Shown here: piece by piece, positions 35,604 to 41,018 of the stretch | Numbering within the stretch: the first letter of the stretch is position 1 | How the letters are laid out: every line of letters begins with the position of its first letter | IMG/VR virus record: IMGVR_UViG_3300012676_000002 | Span: 1 to 41,018 of that record | Reading direction: 5' to 3' (one strand) | Length of the DNA stretch: 41,018 bases | Source of the DNA: a virus | Taxonomy: Duplodnaviria > Caudoviricetes | Program-made: the position numbers and the translations under genes | Notes under the pieces: model-generated | Database searches by the model: none | The model's input: only the letters and a program-made list of their open reading frames with translations | What the model was told of the DNA's origin: nothing

Positions 35604-37202
35604 TTAGAATTCTTTGAACACACACTTCCCCCAATCGACCTGAAATGTTTGGTACATTTGGCTATATTCTCTTTTGAATTTCATCCCTGTAAGATAGAGC
35701 TTTGTCCCATCATATTGATCTCTAGCCAAACCAAGCATCGTATCAACAAGTGCCATTTTATACATTTTAGCTTCCGCAACCATATAGTCCCAAATTCTAT
35801 AAGGATTCGCGCTTTGCTTGGTTTGCAAAATAGTAATGTGGTCCGTCACGAGCATAGCACAGTCATGTGCTACAGCAATATCTTTGAGCAACTCTGTCAC
35901 ATCTTTTGCTTGAAATCGAGACTCTGAACCTTTATTTGTACTCAACACTGGAATGCGAGAAAAATAATCTATAACCACAAACGAGGGTCGAACCTTGCTA
36001 ATAGCGTTTTGAATTTCAACGAGTCCGGTTTTACGCTCTCTCGCGTTCAAGAAATATACATCTGACAAACCGGGTTCTGTAAAGAGCGTGGTATACCGCT
36101 TTTTTAACGCTCTGAAACTATCCTCGTAGTGGACGACAAGTACATTATATCCTTGCTTCACAGCATGAGCAGCAAGCGCACAAGAAAGCGACGTTTTCCC
36201 TGACTCTTGTTTAGCTACCAAAAAAGCCAACTCACCCAAACCAAACCCTCCGAAGAGATATTTATTTAGGAAGTTTAGGGGGGTAGGGACCACTTCGATA
36301 TCTGGGATTTCCACTTGCTGCAAATCCGAAAAAGAAAATAACGCAGGAAGTAACGGTCTGCTAGGATTCGTAAGAATCAATTGCCCGTCCCCCGGTGAGT
36401 CTTCCCCTACCCCTCCGGGGTTCATTCCGGCCTCGACAGTAGGGCTCTCCACCTGTGCGCCAGGTTCTACACTGACTTCCTGCGTTATTACTGGATTCTC
36501 AGGTTCATATCTCATGATCGACTTCGTGATCCTTTGTAAATCCTCGTCAGACTTTGGAGGATCACACCGTTGATTTTCGATTTGCAATGCAGCATAAATT
36601 GCTGCTTCACTCATTCCTCTGCGCCTCATACTTCCAGCAATAGACGTGAGAAACGTATCCCGCTGCCCTTTGGGAATTAACTCACCTTCATTATACACCA
36701 CAGTAGGTACTTTTGTCAAGCGTTCATATAAACTATTTGGGAAACTCGGCAACTGGTCATCGTAGTGTTCCCAAACATATTCTTTCCCTGTATCCGGGTG
36801 AATAGATGATGGCCCGACCACTTGTCCACCGTCTGCTCGAATGTCCAACCCAGGGCCAAGTTTGCCCGCTGAGTTTCGGAGTGGGCCTTGTGTCGGATAC
36901 CTGAAGTAGTAGTGGAACCCCCCGGAACCTGTACGAACGCACGGAATCACACTCAATGGCAACCCAAGGGTCGCAAGAGATTCTAAACCTCCACTCTTGA
37001 TATCCACATCCAGCACAGCCAAATCTGAGATACGACCCGTGCGAATCCCAAAGTTCCCGCGTTCGGCAATTTTCACTGCCTCTTCTTTGGTGGTTTTGGG
37101 GTGGTTCGTCCAATCCTTTTCAATGGGAATCTTCCCATTTAAGGCGACAATGGACCAGCCACGACGGATGCATAACTCGGCTTGCGTTGGATTTGCCACC
37201 AT
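35604..37202 (-). CDS. Bifunctional primase-polymerase with PriCT and SF4-like helicase
   Basis: NFGIRTG, VLDVD, TGSGGFHYYF, DIRADGG; G.RD..L...AG PriCT; SGKT Walker A and VVIDY Walker B. Confidence 0.9.
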   Translation of the reverse strand: MVANPTQAELCIRRGWSIVALNGKIPIEKDWTNHPKTTKEEAVKIAERGNFGIRTGRISDLAVLDVDIKSGGLESLATLGLPLSVIPCVRTGSGGFHYYFRYPTQGPLRNSAGKLGPGLDIRADGGQVVGPSSIHPDTGKEYVWEHYDDQLPSFPNSLYERLTKVPTVVYNEGELIPKGQRDTFLTSIAGSMRRRGMSEAAIYAALQIENQRCDPPKSDEDLQRITKSIMRYEPENPVITQEVSVEPGAQVESPTVEAGMNPGGVGEDSPGDGQLILTNPSRPLLPALFSFSDLQQVEIPDIEVVPTPLNFLNKYLFGGFGLGELAFLVAKQESGKTSLSCALAAHAVKQGYNVLVVHYEDSFRALKKRYTTLFTEPGLSDVYFLNARERKTGLVEIQNAISKVRPSFVVIDYFSRIPVLSTNKGSESRFQAKDVTELLKDIAVAHDCAMLVTDHITILQTKQSANPYRIWDYMVAEAKMYKMALVDTMLGLARDQYDGTKLYLTGMKFKREYSQMYQTFQVDWGKCVFKEF

Positions 37203-37312
37203 TTATCCTCTCTTATTTCTTACCGTTGTGGTGCTACTGGTTTGGGACGAGTCTTGAACATCTTATCCACCTTGGCCCCAGATATTTTCTTTGTTTTAAT
37301 CATTATTTTCAT

Positions 37313-37759
37313 TTAAGGCTTGTATTGCGCGATCTTCAGTTTGAACCATGCTACATCTTTCATCTTAGTCATAAATCGCTCACACGCCAACGTACTGCCT
37401 GTCACAGACCATTTCGGTACAGTCCCGCGTTTTGATTGAACCCATCCCAGACCAAGCCCTAAACCAACACACCCTTCGATATCATCCTCATTATTTGCCA
37501 CATGGCCAAAAAGTACGGCTGTTCTATTAGGAACATTTAATACTTCAAAGGCAACCCCATGTTTTGGGTAAGTTCCTTTTCGACAGATATATTCATTTTC
37601 GGGGATACAAGACTTAAACGGCTCATTGTCTCTCCACTGATCTTCGATTGTGTAAAACCATCCTCCACCAAACACTTGTGGAAGATAAACACGCCCAAAG
37701 CGGCCCATTGGAGTGTAGCCAAAAATTTCAAGTGTTAGCGTTTCCATTGTAGGACTCAT
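37313..37759 (-). CDS. DUF5675-family protein (candidate endolysin)
   Basis: YTIE..W..N....SCIP..EY, NVPNRT and H..N...D..GC..LG motifs. Confidence 0.75.
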   Translation of the reverse strand: MSPTMETLTLEIFGYTPMGRFGRVYLPQVFGGGWFYTIEDQWRDNEPFKSCIPENEYICRKGTYPKHGVAFEVLNVPNRTAVLFGHVANNEDDIEGCVGLGLGLGWVQSKRGTVPKWSVTGSTLACERFMTKMKDVAWFKLKIAQYKP

Positions 37760-37771
37760 TATCTCACACTC

Positions 37772-37963
37772 CTACTCGTTTGTCAAGTAAAATAATGCAG
37801 TAATGAAACTTCCGCAAAGACCAGCAAAGATCAATGCTGAAACTCCAGCCCCGATAACTAAAATTGGGTGAGGCTCTATCTCGTCTAACAAAAAGGCTGC
37901 TACTACCAAACACACAATCGATAACAATGGTGTTACTGCAATCCCTAACCCTAACCACATCAT
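37772..37963 (-). CDS. Small two-TM membrane protein
   Basis: GGGGAGG RBS before ATG 37963; two hydrophobic segments; adjacent to the DUF5675 gene. Confidence 0.65.
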   Translation of the reverse strand: MMWLGLGIAVTPLLSIVCLVVAAFLLDEIEPHPILVIGAGVSALIFAGLCGSFITALFYLTNE

Positions 37964-38035
37964 AATCAACCTCCCCATACTCTGTGAGCAATAAACCCGA
38001 CGATAGCCCCTATGATACCCCAAATAAGATTTTTC

Positions 38036-38064
38036 TTGACAAACGCCCCGATTCGTGCTATAAT
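38036..38064 (+). promoter_or_regulatory. Perfect-consensus promoter, antisense to the surrounding genes
   Basis: TTGACA-17bp-TATAAT with extended TG. Confidence 0.75.
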
Positions 38065-38117
38065 AACATTAGCTTCCCGGAGGGAAGATAATCTACTCAA
38101 TCCTGCTAAGGAGTCTT

Positions 38118-38408
38118 TCATAGCTCTCTCTCTTGTGGTCCGGTTCTATCCCCAGGCTCAAACTCATATTTGGACAAATCTATCTTGAACCGCTTCCTAT
38201 ACACCACTTGGGGTTTCGGAGCCCTACGGACATCCGGGCTACATCTCGGAAACACCCGTGGGACTGACTCTGTGGGAATGGCGAGAATTGAATCATTTGC
38301 CCTCCAACCACAGTTGAGACAGTGCATTGTATATACTCGTCCCTGTGTGGTATTTTCATATTGCGGGCCTTCGACTGCCCCTTCACAGCCCTTCCGAGGG
38401 CATATCAT
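38118..38408 (-). CDS. Zinc-ribbon protein
   Basis: CPRKGC...CLNCG; GGAG RBS. Confidence 0.65.
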   Translation of the reverse strand: MICPRKGCEGAVEGPQYENTTQGRVYTMHCLNCGWRANDSILAIPTESVPRVFPRCSPDVRRAPKPQVVYRKRFKIDLSKYEFEPGDRTGPQEREL

Positions 38409-38734
38409 TGTTCTTGTTCTCCTAGTTCCCGAGCGGCCATCGACCACAGGTCGGGGAACGTCAGTTGTGTGTACTTCGGAATCAACTCTTCTACTTTGTT
38501 TAGCTTGCGCCTATTCCATTCTAACCGCTTCAGATTATAAGCTACCACACTACCAGGCTCTCCACTAATTAAGGGCTCCTGAGCCGGTTTCCGTTCGATT
38601 TGAGGGAGATCTATTTCTTGTTTGAGATTTCCATGTTTACCACATAGCTGCTTGCTTCGAGCTACATTCTTCCCAGCACGAAAGACTGGCTTTTTACACA
38701 CACCACACCAAAACAACGCTGTCTGTTTTCTCAT
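38405..38734 (-). CDS. Hypothetical zinc-binding protein
   Basis: CGVC...CGKH; GAGG RBS. Confidence 0.65.
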   Translation of the reverse strand: MRKQTALFWCGVCKKPVFRAGKNVARSKQLCGKHGNLKQEIDLPQIERKPAQEPLISGEPGSVVAYNLKRLEWNRRKLNKVEELIPKYTQLTFPDLWSMAARELGEQEQ

Positions 38735-38785
38735 AATTCCTCTCTTTCTAAAGTGTATACTTATCTCTTGGTTTCAGTGCCATGT

Positions 38786-39007
38786 TCAATCCTTTCTGGG
38801 TTTCTTTTCAAGCCCTGTTAAAATTGTGGGAGGATCTTCCGGCCCTCGAAATTGTAGCCTCTGACCTCCCCACGCATCCCCGTACACACCCGTATCAACT
38901 ACCCATCGTGTCATACCAGGACTAGGCGGGTAAATCCTATTCCCGTGGCGGTCGTGCATAACTGTGTGGTCAGCCCGAATAACTCTTTTGACCTTACGGA
39001 GGGCCAT
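38786..39007 (-). CDS. Hypothetical protein
   Basis: AAGGA RBS; in operon. Confidence 0.6.
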   Translation of the reverse strand: MALRKVKRVIRADHTVMHDRHGNRIYPPSPGMTRWVVDTGVYGDAWGGQRLQFRGPEDPPTILTGLEKKPRKD

Positions 39008-39010
39008 AAT

Positions 39011-39523
39011 TTAATCATCCTTTCTGCGGCCATCATTTTTACGTCTAGCACCCTTTTCCGATGGACCCTTTGTGCCGCGTCGATTATCCCACCCTTTACG
39101 CCGTTCTACTCGTTTGACTGCCTTAAACCCATTGGCCGCGAATTGTTCAAAGGTTCGACTCACTCGATAATCTAAAACCTTTGGCAGCACTTGAACGGTT
39201 AGGCTGTTTCGTAATTGTTTTTCTAAATTTCGCTCTTCCATTCGCACAACTTTTTGATTTGGAACATCGACCACAATGACCCCGTGTTCGTTATCAAGAA
39301 GAAATGTTGAGATTCCAAAGCCGTATTCTGTATCCAGCGCACCCGCGTATTTCAACATCTCTGAAAAGATAATACGGGTGAGGTACGCAGGATCATCCCA
39401 CCGTTGTTTACGGGCTAATGCTTTTTTGACAATATCTTTCAAATCTGAACCAAAGGAATGAGTATACAACCAGATATCATCCCCATATTTCCCTCTTATG
39501 ACTACATTCGCACGATCTCCCAT
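39011..39523 (-). CDS. Conserved phage hypothetical protein
   Basis: MGDRA..LYTH..G...RWDDPAYLTRIIF...GFGI; AAGGA RBS. Confidence 0.75.
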   Translation of the reverse strand: MGDRANVVIRGKYGDDIWLYTHSFGSDLKDIVKKALARKQRWDDPAYLTRIIFSEMLKYAGALDTEYGFGISTFLLDNEHGVIVVDVPNQKVVRMEERNLEKQLRNSLTVQVLPKVLDYRVSRTFEQFAANGFKAVKRVERRKGWDNRRGTKGPSEKGARRKNDGRRKDD

Positions 39524-39622
39524 GTTATTTTCCTTTCTGTTTAAGGACCGCCACCAATTTGGGGTCCGCGTTAGGGGTGACAATCACCACTTTACCATCG
39601 GGTAATACGATGTACACATTTT

Positions 39623-39964
39623 TCATACAATCCTCCAAGGTTTCAGGCCAAAGTGTTTTACAAACAACGCCTCGCAGTAGTTTTTGCTATCCCGCAAATC
39701 TCTACTGGTCACACTCCGATAGTATTTAATGGCTGCAATTAGATTCGGACGCAATATTCCACTATCGTTATAGGCATTTACAATTCCCTCTTGGATAATG
39801 TCTTTATCCCAAATTGGCGCAGGACAAGCTTCAGTAATCTCCCCCGAATTGATCCTTGCTAGAAAATGTTTATAAACTTCCGATTCAATTTGTCGTGCTT
39901 CTATTTCTTCCCTACATGTTTTCAATTTCAGTTCTAACACTGTTACCATATTCATAGTTATCAC
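39623..39964 (-). CDS. Protein with ribosomal L7/L12 C-terminal-like domain
   Basis: LIAAIKYYRSVTSRDLRDSKNYCE resembles KI.AIK.VR..TG.GL.EAK..VE; AGGAGG RBS. Confidence 0.6.
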   Translation of the reverse strand: MITMNMVTVLELKLKTCREEIEARQIESEVYKHFLARINSGEITEACPAPIWDKDIIQEGIVNAYNDSGILRPNLIAAIKYYRSVTSRDLRDSKNYCEALFVKHFGLKPWRIV

Positions 39965-40005
39965 CTCCTAACTTGTTAGACTTCTGTGGAATCTGATTTA
40001 TTCCC

Positions 40006-40209
40006 CTATACCTTCCAGTGTGTGATCTCAAAAATCGGATCGTTTGTAGACTTCACCCAGCGTGAATACCCATCTGCCCAGCCGAAAAGATACCACATGC
40101 CAGGACCTATAGGCAAGTTTTCAGCCTCACGGATCACCCGCGTAGGTGGGCCGTGCTGCCTTAAAATCTGACTACCTTTAGCGGTCTTTGCTGTTAGCTT
40201 GATTTTCAT
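40006..40209 (-). CDS. Hypothetical protein
   Basis: MKIKLTAKT.KG..ILRQHG...RWV...D..F. Confidence 0.6.
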   Translation of the reverse strand: MKIKLTAKTAKGSQILRQHGPPTRVIREAENLPIGPGMWYLFGWADGYSRWVKSTNDPIFEITHWKV

Positions 40210-40381
40210 ATTTTTTCCCATGTTGTTTACAGTACAGTCCTTCCACCCCGTGTCCGCGCTTACGGCTACATTGTAAAATGTGCCATCCTTTCCAGTTATG
40301 AACATCTTTTATACATCGCTCAGGATCTTCTGGAATACCTTTAGGGTTTATACTTGACTGATCGTAGATTCTAGTTTTCAT
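40178..40381 (-). CDS. Small zinc-finger-like phage protein
   Basis: D..RC...QCSRKRGHG..GLYCKQH; GAGG RBS. Confidence 0.7.
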   Translation of the reverse strand: MKTRIYDQSSINPKGIPEDPERCIKDVHNWKGWHILQCSRKRGHGVEGLYCKQHGKKYENQANSKDR

Positions 40382-40574
40382 GATCTATCGGACCTCCTCT
40401 ACAGTCTTCACAGTTTTTTAGATAGTTGTTATATGCGGAGATGCGTGGTCTATCGTAGTAGGTCCAATCTTCCCCGACATAAATAGGACCATGACAACTA
40501 AAACACTTCCCTAAGTATTCCCCTCCGACTTGTGGCCTACTATCCGCAAACGAATCACTTGTGGATTCTAGCAT
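40371..40574 (-). CDS. Small zinc-finger protein
   Basis: CFSC..PIYVGE...CEDC; GGAGG RBS before ATG 40574. Confidence 0.65.
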   Translation of the reverse strand: MLESTSDSFADSRPQVGGEYLGKCFSCHGPIYVGEDWTYYDRPRISAYNNYLKNCEDCRGGPIDHEN

Positions 40575-40623
40575 GGTCCCCTCCAATTTGATTGACACCG
40601 TAAGCAAACATCATCCCACACTA

Positions 40624-40785
40624 TCAACCTACCGCACAAGCAAGTATGAGGCTGTGGCTTTCGTCGAAGACCTGAAGGTCGATCTTCTGACCTTCGGTTA
40701 GGACTTTGTAACGGTCTTGGAACCGTCCATTGTTCCCGCGAGTCACACTTAGATCATCCTCTATGAGTCGGTGTCTTATGTCCAT
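40624..40785 (-). CDS. Small hypothetical protein (53 aa); contains repeat copy in frame
   Basis: Hand-translated MDIRHRLIEDD...TEGQKIDLQVFD...; GGAG RBS. Confidence 0.45.
   Translation of the reverse strand: MDIRHRLIEDDLSVTRGNNGRFQDRYKVLTEGQKIDLQVFDESHSLILACAVG
40665..40697 (+). repeat. Interleaved-palindrome element, copy with one substitution
   Basis: CGAAGACCTGAAGGTCGATCTTCTGACCTTCGG (32/33 identical to copy 1). Confidence 0.95.
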
Positions 40786-40946
40786 AGATCAAACTCCATT
40801 TCACACATTTTTTCTGCCACACGAAAGACTAGAGCACTTGAATTGACATCACGTTGAATGTCAAGTGCTGCCTTTGCTGCGCGTTCTGGTGACGTTGCGA
40901 CAATATCAATTTCCCATATGACGCGGTACAGTTTAGATTTTGGCAT
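40776..40946 (-). CDS. Conserved small phage protein (56 aa)
   Basis: Hand-translated YRVIWEIDIVATSPERAAKAALDIQRD..S.A.VF; AAGGAAGG RBS; start lies within the terminal repeat. Confidence 0.75.
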   Translation of the reverse strand: MPKSKLYRVIWEIDIVATSPERAAKAALDIQRDVNSSALVFRVAEKMCEMEFDLWT

Positions 40947-41018
40947 GGGTAGCCTTCCTTCCCTATTTGAATGTGTGTTGTTGGGCCTCTGTTAATCCCC
41001 GGTTTCCATGATACACAA
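40896..41018. repeat. Terminal direct repeat, identical to 1-123
   Basis: Exact match. Confidence 0.95.

Noticed and set aside
38170-38568. + strand 132-aa ORF as the target of the 38036 promoter
   Set aside because: TTG start without an RBS, and entirely antisense to two credible genes
40896-41018. 123-bp repeat as a biological direct terminal repeat
   Set aside because: It cuts through coding sequence and is best explained as assembler overlap of a circular contig; true termini need read data
1-41018. tRNA genes, integrase/att sites, reverse transcriptase (DGR or retron)
   Set aside because: None recognised by eye; tRNAscan and HMM searches would be needed to exclude them formally

Overview
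The window looks like a complete, circularly assembled dsDNA phage genome. Bases 1-123 are identical to 40896-41018, giving a unit length of about 40,895 bp. The phage is podovirus-like with a P22-type head and tail, and I see no integrase or repressor. Two transcription arms diverge from a roughly 1.1 kb CA/TG-rich, hairpin-dense control region at 2.3-3.45 kb. The + arm (3.5-24.3 kb) encodes TerS-like and accessory virion proteins, TerL, portal, scaffold, coat, gp4/gp10-like tail proteins, fibres and ejection proteins. The - arm (from 2.3 kb across the junction down to 24.6 kb) encodes early proteins (GP88-like, DUF932), a DUF5675 protein, primase-polymerase/helicase, SLOG, RNA ligase, family A DNA polymerase, MazG, SSB-like, Cas4-like, HNH and EndoVII nucleases, nucleotide enzymes, a holin candidate and spanins. 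The most notable observations are four. (1) A 33-bp element with two interleaved inverted repeats occurs in five copies with compensatory base changes, and two copies are read in-frame inside small ORFs. (2) The gp10-like tail-hub gene is split in two by an inserted beta-propeller/FN3 gene, and the last FN3 strand appears to be encoded by the next ORF across an in-frame TAA. (3) A perfect-consensus promoter points antisense at 38.0 kb. (4) A Cas4-like nuclease has an AT-hook tail overprinted on an HNH gene. All family assignments come from motif recognition by eye, not from database searches.
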